Virus record (IMG/VR): IMGVR_UViG_3300021963_000086 | Coordinates: 1 to 64,000 of that record | Source: a virus | Length of the DNA: 64,000 nt | Strand: one strand, 5' to 3' | Shown: positions 26,863 to 39,000 of the stretch, piece by piece | Position numbering within the stretch: the first letter of the stretch is position 1 | Layout: each line of letters starts with the position of its first letter | Notes under the pieces: generated by a model | Seen by the model: only the letters and a program-made list of their open reading frames with translations | Told to the model about the DNA's origin: nothing | Databases searched by the model: none | Translations under genes and position numbers: made by a program

Positions 26863-29800
26863 TGGCACAGGCTCAAAGACAAGATAACCTGTTTGCGGCA
26901 GAGGACTGGAAAGCAGTTTATCAAAGTTTCCGTAATGCTGATTTTAAGGCATACGACTTTGATACTCTACGTGACGCAATGATCTCCTATGTGAGATTAA
27001 ACTATCCTGAAGATTTCAACGACTGGATCCAGTCCAGTGAATTCGTTGCGCTCATTGACTTGGTTGCATTCCTAGGACAAAACTTAGCATTCCGTATTGA
27101 TCTAAATAGCCGCGAAAACTTTATTGATACAGCAGAACGTAAAGAAAGTATTTTACGTCTAGCACGTTTCCTAAGCTACAACCCTAAACGTAACTTGGCC
27201 GCATCTGGCTTATTAAAAATTAAATCAATCAAAACAACAGAAAATATATTAGACAGTCAAGGTAACAATCTAAGTAACAAGGTGATTCAATGGGGTGGTG
27301 CAAACGATCCTGAGAGTTTTGAAAAATTTGTTGCAGTAATCAATGCGGCATTACCTGTTAACCACTTATTTGGTAGTCCTGTTAAGTCAGGTAATGTTTC
27401 GGGAGTAACAACGCAACTGTATAATTTAAATTCCGTACCGGGCAACCAAGTTACTGTTTCATTCAGTGCAACCGTTGGCGGTGCTGAGGATAACTTTGAA
27501 ATCTGTAACAGCGACTTTGAAGATTTAGCTTACTATAAAGAAGCTAATCCAGATCCTTTTGCACCTTGGAATATTATCTATCGTAATGATGGTAGAGGTA
27601 ATACTAGCGTTAATACCGGTTTCTTTGTACTGTTCAAACAAGGTACATTAAACAAAAAAGATTTTTATATTACAGATTACGTTGAGAATCGTGTAGTAGA
27701 TATTGACACCTCAATGATCAACGAAAATGATGTACATGTTCAAAAAATTAACGACAATGGTACATTAGTAGAAACATGGACCAAAGTTCCTAATCTAGTT
27801 GGTAACAACATTATCTATAATAACATTGAACAAGGTCAACGTAAAGTTTATTCTGTAATAACTAGAGAAAACGACCAAATAAGTATCAAGTTTGGCGATG
27901 GATTATTCAGTGACGTTCCACGCGGCATTTTCCGCGTATGGTCTCGTTCAAGCAACGGCCAAACGTATATGATTCGCCCAGATGATATGAAAAATATCAC
28001 TTGGGATATTCAGTATTTTGACAAGGGTGGCCGTCAGCAGAGTATTACATTTACTGCCGACTTAGAAATCCCTGTCAACAATAGTACTCCTACAGAAAGT
28101 CTAACTAGTATCCGAGAAAATGCTCCTAATGTATATTACAGCCAAGATCGCATGGTTACTGCACAAGACTATACAGTATATCCTGTTACACAAAACAGCA
28201 ACGTCCTAAAGATTAAAGCAGTTAATAGAGTACACAGTGGATTTAGCAGGTATCAAAATATTGTTGATCCGACGGGCACTTATCAAAGTGTAGACATCTT
28301 TACTGATGATATGTATATCTATAAAGAGAACACATACAATACTACATTCAAAACTGTTAACCAAGGTTTCTTTGTTAGAGATTTAATAGTTCAAGCTATC
28401 GAAGGATTGTTAATTAACTCTGAAGTATTGAACTTGTACTACGACAATTACCCTGCTATAGATATTAGTACTAATGACGCAAGTATCCCTGGACAAAATC
28501 TAGAATACGTTGAATGGAAGCGACAAACAGTTGGCTACGGAGTTTCTACCGGTTACTGGTCACGCAACGGAAAGCCTATCAAAGTTGGCAAAGCAACCAC
28601 AGGCAAAGATAGACAACTACAACCTGGCGCAGTTGCTGAAGTAATTTATGCTCCGTACGACAATACAGCTAAAATCGAATGGGTTGGCATTAGTAGCGTA
28701 TATGGCAACGGCCTAGGCTTAGATACTTCTGAAGGTCAAAGCACTGGTCTAAAAGCAGACGGTACAGGTGTTATTGCCCTTAATAAAACTATTACCAGTG
28801 GCGCCCGCATAAGACGATTAATTCCAACATTTAAACAACAGTTTGGACCTGCAGAATATGATGCAATTAAAAATAACTTAGACCAACGAAACACTTTTGC
28901 TATTCGTTATGACTATAACACTCAAACATATAAAGTTGTAAACGTTAATGACATTGGAGTTAATCAGTTTTTTGGATTAGCCAATGCTGGTAATGCAGAA
29001 GGATTATTCAAAGATAATAGTTGGATGATTAAGGTTGCATATCAAGACGGACAATACGTGTTGACCAGTAAGGTAGTGCGATACATTATAGGTAGCGAAG
29101 CAAAAATACGTTTCTTTAACGAAAACTTTAGAAAAACGTTTGATGCAAAAATGAAAAAGATAGAAAAAGATACTATTAGTATTCTTAGCATTAATCCACC
29201 GCCTGGTTTGCAAGTACCGTTCTATTCAAAAGACTTTAAGTTTAAAACCGATAGATATTACAAATACAGCGACGGCTGGACAGATAACACTAAGATTGTT
29301 GTTGGCATTGCTGACGATAACAGTGATTATATGCCGGACGATCCTTACGCATTCAAGAAGCTAGTAGAAACCGGAACCATTTATCTATCACCAGTTACAG
29401 TTAACGGCATTACTTATGCAACACCAAATAATACTAATACAGGAACTCAGTACAGTGGCCGTAAGGGACTAAAAGCTCATTGGCACCACGTTGCAGAAAC
29501 AGATCAGCGTATTGATCCTGCACAAGTAAACATTATTGATATTTTTGTGTTGACACAAAATTATGAAACAGATTTCCGTAGATGGGTTAAGAACGGTGCA
29601 ATAGAAGCAACAAGACCACAACCACCTACTCCGGCAACACTATATGCAGACTTTGCGGACTTAGAGCGAGTTAAAACTTCTAGTGATACAATCGTATTCC
29701 GTCCAGCAAAGTACAAGTTACTGTTTGGTCAAGGTGCAGATGCAAGTCTACAAGCTAAGTTTAAAGTAATTAAGATGCCTGGTACTAGCAGAACAGACAA

Positions 29801-30089
29801 TGAGATTCGTTCTAAGGTACTAGCCGCTGTTGAAAGCTTCTTTGATATTAAGAATTGGACATTTGGCGAGACATTTTATTTTACAGAATTAGCCGCATAT
29901 ATACATACACAGTTAGCTGGTGCAATTAGTTCTGTGGTATTAGTACCACAAGGTAGTTATTCTAGTTTTGGCGACTTATTTCAAGTAGGAGCCGCAGTTG
30001 ATGAACTGTTTGCCAGTTGTGCAACAGTAGATGATATTCAAATTATCAGTCAAATTAGCGACATTGCAATTAAGCAAATAAAGGCATAA
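26862..30089 (+). CDS. Baseplate wedge subunit, gp6-like
   Basis: YDFDTLR, DFND...S, E.FIDTA....S...LA..L.Y.P, KFGDG, ESLTSIRENAP..Y..Q.R.VTAQDY. Confidence 0.9.
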   Translation: MAQAQRQDNLFAAEDWKAVYQSFRNADFKAYDFDTLRDAMISYVRLNYPEDFNDWIQSSEFVALIDLVAFLGQNLAFRIDLNSRENFIDTAERKESILRLARFLSYNPKRNLAASGLLKIKSIKTTENILDSQGNNLSNKVIQWGGANDPESFEKFVAVINAALPVNHLFGSPVKSGNVSGVTTQLYNLNSVPGNQVTVSFSATVGGAEDNFEICNSDFEDLAYYKEANPDPFAPWNIIYRNDGRGNTSVNTGFFVLFKQGTLNKKDFYITDYVENRVVDIDTSMINENDVHVQKINDNGTLVETWTKVPNLVGNNIIYNNIEQGQRKVYSVITRENDQISIKFGDGLFSDVPRGIFRVWSRSSNGQTYMIRPDDMKNITWDIQYFDKGGRQQSITFTADLEIPVNNSTPTESLTSIRENAPNVYYSQDRMVTAQDYTVYPVTQNSNVLKIKAVNRVHSGFSRYQNIVDPTGTYQSVDIFTDDMYIYKENTYNTTFKTVNQGFFVRDLIVQAIEGLLINSEVLNLYYDNYPAIDISTNDASIPGQNLEYVEWKRQTVGYGVSTGYWSRNGKPIKVGKATTGKDRQLQPGAVAEVIYAPYDNTAKIEWVGISSVYGNGLGLDTSEGQSTGLKADGTGVIALNKTITSGARIRRLIPTFKQQFGPAEYDAIKNNLDQRNTFAIRYDYNTQTYKVVNVNDIGVNQFFGLANAGNAEGLFKDNSWMIKVAYQDGQYVLTSKVVRYIIGSEAKIRFFNENFRKTFDAKMKKIEKDTISILSINPPPGLQVPFYSKDFKFKTDRYYKYSDGWTDNTKIVVGIADDNSDYMPDDPYAFKKLVETGTIYLSPVTVNGITYATPNNTNTGTQYSGRKGLKAHWHHVAETDQRIDPAQVNIIDIFVLTQNYETDFRRWVKNGAIEATRPQPPTPATLYADFADLERVKTSSDTIVFRPAKYKLLFGQGADASLQAKFKVIKMPGTSRTDNEIRSKVLAAVESFFDIKNWTFGETFYFTELAAYIHTQLAGAISSVVLVPQGSYSSFGDLFQVGAAVDELFASCATVDDIQIISQISDIAIKQIKA

Positions 30090-30094
30090 GATAG

Positions 30095-33000
30095 ATGGAC
30101 AACAATCGTTTTTCAGCTACTCCAGTAGTACCCGTTAATAATACAGTACCTGGGGAAGGCTCAGGTAAAGTTGTAGATACAGTATCTAGTAATTTCTTGC
30201 CTCAATACTATAAAACAGACGGAAATGTAAAATTTTTAAGAAACACTTTAGATCAGTTAATTAGTAAAGGTGCTCAAGAACAAGTTAACTTATATGTTGG
30301 TAAAAAAAGCGGAACAGTTTATAAACCGGCCACTGATTTTTATTTAAAAGAATCAAGACAAGACCGTTCTGACTATCAATTAGAAGTAGGTATAGTAACA
30401 AAGGATGCCGATGATAACATCACATCTACATTAACCTATGACGATATCATTCAAGAGCTTAAAGTAAACTGGCCGCTAACTAAACCTGATCAATTTGATA
30501 GCGAATATTACAGCTATACTCCTCCTGTAGACTATGATAAATTTGTTAACTTTACTAGCTACAATTGGATGAAATTAGGCCTTCCTGGCATTATGATCGA
30601 AGGCGACATTAATATTGAAACAGACATCATTGGCAAAATTAACTATACTACGCCGGTGCAACGCAACGGAAAAACTATAACGTTCCAGAACGGGATGAAA
30701 GTCTATTTTATTAACAATGGAGCAGATCCCCAAGGTTTAGTTATTCCAAATTGGTACGTAAGCGAAAAGAATCCTGTAATTACTAATGAAGACGGAAATC
30801 CGTTGCTGACCCAAGACGGTGCAGAACTAATGAGCACCAACGAAGATGCCGAGCCTACGTATTTTATTGTAGAGGGTGTTGGCGAATCTATTATGCTTAT
30901 ACCTGCAGAGTACATGGATGCACGTATCCCAGGTAGTTTAATGGCTCCAGTTCCATGGGATTCTGTACCATGGGATCGCAAGAAATTTGATACTTCAGAG
31001 CCCGCGCCAGCAGAAAAAGAATATGTAGTAATACAAAGAGGTTCGGTCGACAAAAACGCATGGAGCCGAATTAATAATTGGTATCATATTGATACAATTA
31101 AAGATGTATACAATTATTTAGGTCTTAACCACGCAGACTATGTTACCTTAGCTGATAGAGGTAATAGACCTATTATTGAATTTAAGAAAGATACTCAACT
31201 ATACAATGCAGGATCTTTCATGTCTGACATTCAAGCAGACTTTGTTTGGTACGGCGGAAAGATCAGCGACTTTAGTTTAAAAACATCTGTTACAGTTGAC
31301 GGCGTAGATGTATTCCCCGGCGCAAAAGTGTTATTCATTAATAGTCCTGAGCCGCAGTTAAACAATAAATTAATTCGTTTGTATAAGATTACTGAAGGTA
31401 CAGGTTTTTATTGGGAAGAAATCACAGAATCATGGCCTGCTCCAGAAGTAGGTCAAAAGTTGTTTATACAAAATGGTACAGAGTACAAGTATCTAGAATT
31501 AACATGGAATGGTACTGACTGGTATGTTGGTCAAAATAAAATGACCAGAAATCAGCCACCGTTGTTTGTTATGTACGATGCAGAGGGTGTAAGATTAGAC
31601 GACGAAATAAAATATCCAGACAACGATTTTAGAGGATCCTCGTTATTCCAATACACAGAAGGTAACTTCTACGACAAGGAACTTGGTCTAAATGTAATGT
31701 TAGAAAGCTCTAACTATGATATAGTATCAAACACTAGTCCTTTCTCTAAAACCTTTACTAACTTAACCTTTACAAATACTGCTTCTAATAGTAACTATTA
31801 CAAAGGCAGTAAAGGTACTCGCGATGCTATACCGGGTAATTATTACTGGAAAACGGTAGATGGATTTACTAATACTTCTAAGTACGAAAACGGTTGGGTA
31901 CGTAATGCCGAACCTCCTAAAACATATCAACGTGTCGGCAAAATTGTAGAAGATGTAACTTCTCAAAATAGTATTATTGTGCCGGCAGACTCTGGCGCAT
32001 GGTATGTATTTGCGGCAACACTAAAAGAGGGAAAAATTAGATTCTATTCGTTAAGTAAAAACAATGAATGGGAGTTGTTTGATTGGTCCACAAATACACT
32101 TACTCTTGCCGCAGGACAAGAATTCGTAATATACAATTATACAGGACAAGAATTCTTCAATGTAAAACTAAATGGATTGCTTCCACCTGGAGTTGCTAAC
32201 GAAGGTAGTGTAGTATACGGTACACCGCAAGATGTAGGAATGTGGCAATACAGTACTGCCGGAATTTCTGGTTATATCAATATCATTGATCCTAAAACTG
32301 ATACTAGAACATTTAAAGTTAGAGTCAATGGTAAGGACACTACTGATTACACAACTGAATTAGTTAACAACTATACAGGATTACAAATTAATGTCACTGC
32401 TGATTTAGCAGTTAATGATTTAATTGAAGTATTGTTTGAATCAGCTACACCTGCAGGTTCATATGCTATTCATAGCACCCTTGAGGCTAATCCTAATAAT
32501 GAAAAAGTAGAACAGTTTACTTACAGTGATATACTAAGTCACTTTAAGAGTAAAATTACAAATCAGTCAAACTTTGAAGGAAGCGGCTACGGCTCAAATA
32601 ACTATCACAAGTTATTTAGAGATACTGGTACTGGTTGGGTAGTTCAACAACAAGTACACCCAATGGTTAAGCTAGGTGTATTATTACGCAACAATGCAAC
32701 ATTACCTAATAACGTGTTACAATATGGCGCCGAACAAAATAAACTATTCCGTCAAAAGTTTATTAACAAACTAACTAGCCTAGAGTCAACATTAGACGTT
32801 ACTAGTAAAACTGCTAGAGAATTAGTGTACGAAAGTTTAATTGCTATTAATGTAGGTAAAAATAGAGATTTTCCTTTTGCATTTAGCGATATGATCTACT
32901 ATGTAGATTCTGATGCAAAGGTTATCAAGACATATACCGCAGAATCAGTATTAACATTTAGTTTAGGAACAACCATTGACATTACTGATCCTTATAGAGA

Positions 33001-36000
33001 TCATGTATATGTATATGCCAACGATGTTCAATTATTAATCGATAGAGATTACACATTAACCAACACTAGCGTTTCGATATTAACCAGTGTGCCTGTGGGA
33101 ACATCAATTAAAATTATTGTTGCAAGTAATCTAGGAAATTGTTATGTTCCTGTTTCTACTGCTAAGTTGGGATTAACAGGAGTGTATACTCCTGAGTTAT
33201 ATTACGATGTTACCAATGATACAAACTTTATTATATGCCATGACGGTAGTATGATTGTTGCATTTGGTGATTATAGAGACGATGTCATTTTAGAATTAGA
33301 AAAGAGTATCTATAACAATATATTCAGTAATTTTAGACATGAAAGAAATAAATGGCTAAAATATGAACCAGGGGCAATGAGAGTTACTAGATATAACAAG
33401 CAACAACGCTATAGTTATGTCGGCGACCGTTATAGATTATGGCGTTTACAAAATGGCGTAAACGATAATAGTAATGCACAATTTTATAGAGAAGAAAATC
33501 CCTTTACCTGGAACTATCGTGCAGTAAGCGAGCACGGAAGTTGGAGAGACATGTATCGTTACATGTTTGATACTGATCGCCCTCATACACATCCATGGGA
33601 AATGCTTGGCTTTACTAATAAACCTACATGGTGGGACACTTACTATGATTGGATCGATGGCGGCAAACGTGCGGCCTTATTAAATGCGTTAGCTATCGGT
33701 AACATTGCAGAGCCTCCTAGTATAAATGTTGATCTGCTTGTTCGTAGAGATATTACAAATATACCCGTAGACGAAAATGGAGAATTATTAGATCCAGTAA
33801 CCGCAGGCATTTGTGAAGCTCCTAGTGCAGAGCAAGCTCAATATGATTGGGAATTTGGTGATATGGGCAATCAGGAAATGACCTGGATTCGTAGCCCAGA
33901 ATACGCATGGGCACAAAGTCAGTGGCATTATTCTGTACAGCCTAACGTCTGGGTAGAAGAATGCTGGGAGCCAGAGTCATCGGGCATTGACAGTTTTAAC
34001 AGTCAACGCATTAATATTACCTTAAACCGTCGTACACGTAAAGAAGATTTATATTTCCATAGAGAATACAATGACGGTACATTCCATGTACGTTATGGTT
34101 TCCAACATATTTTAGTTGAAAATCTATTGCAAGATAATATTGATTTGACTACTAATTTATATGATAAGATTAGATATGCAACTCCTCAAGTAATGTTAAA
34201 ACTAGGAGGGTTTGCAAACAAAACAAATCTAAGTTTCTTAGCCGATACATTAAAAGTACAACAAGGTAATAACTTTATTCCTGAAGAAGATTATCACCTA
34301 AATTTACATAAAGGTTCTTCATATAGAGAATTCTTTTATAGTGGCGTTAAGGTTATATGGAACGGTGCAGGGTACGAAGTACAGGGATACAACTTAATTA
34401 ATCCATTCTTCATTGTACAACAACCTAAGTCTACTACCAGATACAAAGAAATACTATATAACGGTATCAAAGTCAAGGAGGCAATAGATTGGGAAGCAAC
34501 TCCTGCTATTGTCGAATATGGTACTGTTTTTGTAAGTAGACAAGCAGTATGGAATTTCTTGATAGGATATGGCAATTGGTTAGCTGATCAAGGAATGGTA
34601 TTCGAAGATTTAGATCCTGCACTTAACACCATTAGAGATTTCAACTTGGCCGCAAGACAGTTTTTATTCTGGAGCGAAAGTAAGTGGGATGCAGGTTATA
34701 GTATTATACTAAGCCCATGTGCTAATAAGATTATTGTTAAAAATGAAATAGGCTGGGCCGAAGATCTAAACAGCACCATCAGAGGTTATTCAAACATCCT
34801 TGACAAAGATCAAGCAGTAATTCCTACATCTGCTATTAGATTTGAACGTACAGAAGATGGTAAGAATATTATTTCTACTAGAGAAAACTATACAGGAATA
34901 TATGGCTTACGTTTGCGTTTTAGTGAATTAGAACATGTTGTTGTTTTTGACAATCAAACTATATTCAACGATGTGATCTTTGATCCTTTATATAGATTAA
35001 AACAATATCGCTTTAAGTTGATTGGAAGTCGTACCAGGGGCTGGACAGGAAGTCCTAAGGTTCCTGGTTATATGGTTTATGGCAACAGTCTAATCAGTAA
35101 CTTTGATAGAACTATCAGCGACATCAGCGATAGATATTTTAGTGTTGAAGGCTATACAGAAAACCAAAGTATAATTAATACAGCAAGACATAACATTGGC
35201 GTTCGTAATTTTGAATACTTAAACAACATTGTTCTTGACAAGACGGTTGCGTTTGAATTCCAACGAGGAATGTTGCACCAAAAGGGTACTCCTAGTGCTT
35301 ATGACAAACTGTTAAGAAGCAAAACTATTGATTCAAGTACATTAAGTAATACTAACTTAACTGTTAGTGAAGAATGGTTATTTAAGTTAGGCGACTTTGG
35401 TGGAACAGAAAACTGGCAAAGCTACGAACTTAAATTACGTCAGCGCGACATATTAGATTCTAATAAGCAATTATTTAGACTAATTCCGTTGTACGATCCT
35501 GTTACAAAACTAACCAATAAAGATCTAGATACTGATAGAGTAATTGACATTGTACCTAGCGATACTCGTTGGGTCACCAAACCAGGGGTCAATAATCTAG
35601 CCTTTAGTACCAGACCAAAGAGTCAACTAACAGATACAATCACTGAAGTCATGTATGATGATTTGCCTACTGTAGGATTTGTAAGATTAGATCAAGTTGA
35701 TTATACAGTATCAACTGCATATGATTTATATACAGTTGATGTGTCGGCATTAACCGGTATTGCATACTGGGAACAAAATATAAACTACAAAGTAGGCGAT
35801 ACTATTCGTTATAATGGTTATGTGTATGTTGCAAGTCAAGATCATAATAGTAGTACATCTTTTGTCTTATCTAATTGGACTATTAGTGTAGAACCTACTT
35901 TACCTTCTATATTGATTGGTAACTATACTAATGGATCTTGGCAAGTATTACGTGCTCAGGATCGTCGGTTATCTATTATAGGAATAGAAACATACACTGG

Positions 36001-39000
36001 TACTACATCAGGTAATACAGTATATCCTACAACGCCTAGTCTAGTTACATTTAACTATGATCATAACCTGCTAGCAGGTGATAACATTTTATTAGTTAAT
36101 ACTGACAACAGCCCTAGTGCTGATGGGTTTACTACAGTATTAGAAGTAATTGATGATACTAGTATCCTTATCGAACAAGTTACAAATACAGCAGGAACAC
36201 AAGGAAAAGCGATTGCATTTATGCCTGTACGTTTTGCTACAGAAACAGCAATGTTAGCTAGTCGAAATGATTACAGATATAATTGGCAAGACGGACAATT
36301 AGCATTTGTTGACGATGCTTCGGCTATTCATGGATATGCAGTATTCAGTTGGGAAGTCGGAGTAGACGAACAAACATTTGTTCCTTATCAACGATTTGAT
36401 AAAGTTGAATCAGAACAAGAATTAATAGATCCTTCTAAGGTATATTCTGTTTCTATCTATGACAGAAATAAAAATCGTGTACTACTAGATCTAGAAGTAT
36501 GGGATCCGTACAAAGGATTAATTCCTAAGATTGCCGACGCAGAAATTGACATTAAGAGTCCGCTAGACCTTGCTAAGTATAACTCCAGCAGTGATCCTGA
36601 CCAACCTTTAAATACCATGAACCCTTGGGGAGCTCAACAAGTTGGTACAGTATGGTGGGATCTAAGTACAGTCAAATATACAAATTACGAATCTAGTAGT
36701 TTAGCATATCGCCAATCAAACTGGGGTAAATTATTCCCTGGTAGTACTATTGATGTTTATGAATGGACAGAAAGTTCTGTTGATCCTATTGCATATAACG
36801 ATGCAGTAGAAAACGGAAAAGAAGTTGACGGCTCGATACCAACTGGAACTGCTAGAGTTATTAGCGATGCAAGTTTTAAATTGGCTAATTGGTCAACCGA
36901 TCAGTATACTGATGAGTTAAATGTTACCAGTACAAAATATTACTTCTGGGTGAAAGGTAAAGATACAGTTCCTAATAATAGACCAGAAAGACAGTTAGCA
37001 GTAACAACAATAGCAAATATTATTGAAGATCCTGCGAACATAGGTCTTCCTTGGTTCGCTCCTATTTCAACTGATGCCTTCATTATCAGTAATGTCAAAC
37101 AACTATTAAATGATAGCTCTACAACATTACAAATTCAATTAAGAAACGATACAACACCAGTACATAGCCAATGGATGCTATTAAGAGAGTACGATAATAA
37201 TACAGGAATTCCTGAATGGCTACACAAACGTCTAAAAGACAGTTTAGTAGGATTTAGTGGCATAACTTATACATCAACATGGACCGACTATGAGTATGGT
37301 GTGCGTTATAATGTCGACGACATCGTCAAAGTAGGTAATGATTACTATAGAGTATTCCGTTACTTCCAACCATATGAAGCTAGTGTTGTAACCCCTATTA
37401 ATAAAAAGCCAATGTACAAGTTAGCAGATTATACGTTATTACCTGAGAATACTATACAGCTAACACAAAACATAGAAGTACCTAATAGTAGGTTAAATGA
37501 ATTTGATCGATTTGGTAATCGTATTCGCCCAACACAACAAACATGGATCAAGGACAGAGCAAATGCTCGTAAAAACTTAATTCAATCGTTGAATGTATTG
37601 TTATTAGAACTAGATCTAATTGCAGAAATTCCAGATTGGAATGTAGTACTGGGTACTACATTCACTAAAGGTAATATTGTTTATGATCTAACAAAGTTCT
37701 GGGATTATGTAGATTACGTAAGTCCTTACTATGATACTGATAAGGCAATAGAATATAGTGTTGCTAATGATACGTTACTAGACAGTATTGCTAACCAGCT
37801 AGTCGACGGAGATTATGTGGGCGTTGGTGTACCATCTAACGGTCAATATCCTGTAGTTTACGAAAGAGCAGGTGATCAATTTGTCATTCTATATAGATTA
37901 AACGGAACTATCCAGTTTGACGAAACCTTGTTCGATAGCTTTATACAATTAGATATTTGGGACTTAGGTGGCTTTGACTTTAAGCCATGGGATAGCGAAC
38001 CTACACAAGAGTTAGAAGCTATTCTAGAAACATTCCATTCAGACATATTTGTTGGTGAGTACCAAACATACTATAACAGACTATTCTTTGCTATGGTTAA
38101 GTTTATCTATAGCGAACAAAATAATATTGATTGGATTGGTAAGAGCACTTATTTGCACGTAGATAATCTAGAAGTTTCTGGGCTAAGCCAACTTCCTTAT
38201 TACAAAGAAGATCAGGTTGAGTACTTTATTGATTATCTAAACGAAGTTAAGCCTTATCGTAGTAAACTACGAGAAGTTTTTGATACACGTAAAATTTCTG
38301 AACTAACAGATGTTACAGTTGAAGACTTAGGAACTAAAGACGAGATCCATATTGCATTTAACCGTGTAGGAATTAACCCAATTGACCCGCCTGCAGGTGA
38401 CGGTAGTTCTTTCCTAACACCTACCCCTGGCTGGGAAAACCAAGTTTGGGGTGCTGTTATCAACGGTTATGAAATTCCATGGGACGCAACATTACCTGCA
38501 ATGACGCCAGTAAACCGTTACTTGTTCTTAGGTAGCAACTTTGGAACACCTGCAAGCCTGATCGAAGCAGTTCTAGAAGGACAACATGATTATAGTGTAA
38601 ACTTAGAGGGTTACGGCGATGAACTTGCTCCGTTATTTGTAGGCGACGCAGTAGAATTATGTGTTCAAACTGATTACGACACCGGTGGAAGTTATGCCTA
38701 TAGAATTTTTAAGACTCTAGATAATAACTACGAATTTAGTAGAATCGCTAATAGTGCAAAAACTTCGCTGGCCGCGCCATTAGGATTAGAAGATACAGTA
38801 ATTGAGGTAGTTGACGGTACAGTATTTGGCGGAGTTGACTTTATACGCCAACGTCCTGGTGTAATTTTTATCAACGGAGAACGCATTGAGTTTTACCGTC
38901 GTAGTGCAAACACCCTACAAGATATTGTACGAGGAACAAAAGGAACTAGTATTAAAACCCACCCAATAAACAGCAGAGTATTTGATTCTTTACCAAGAGA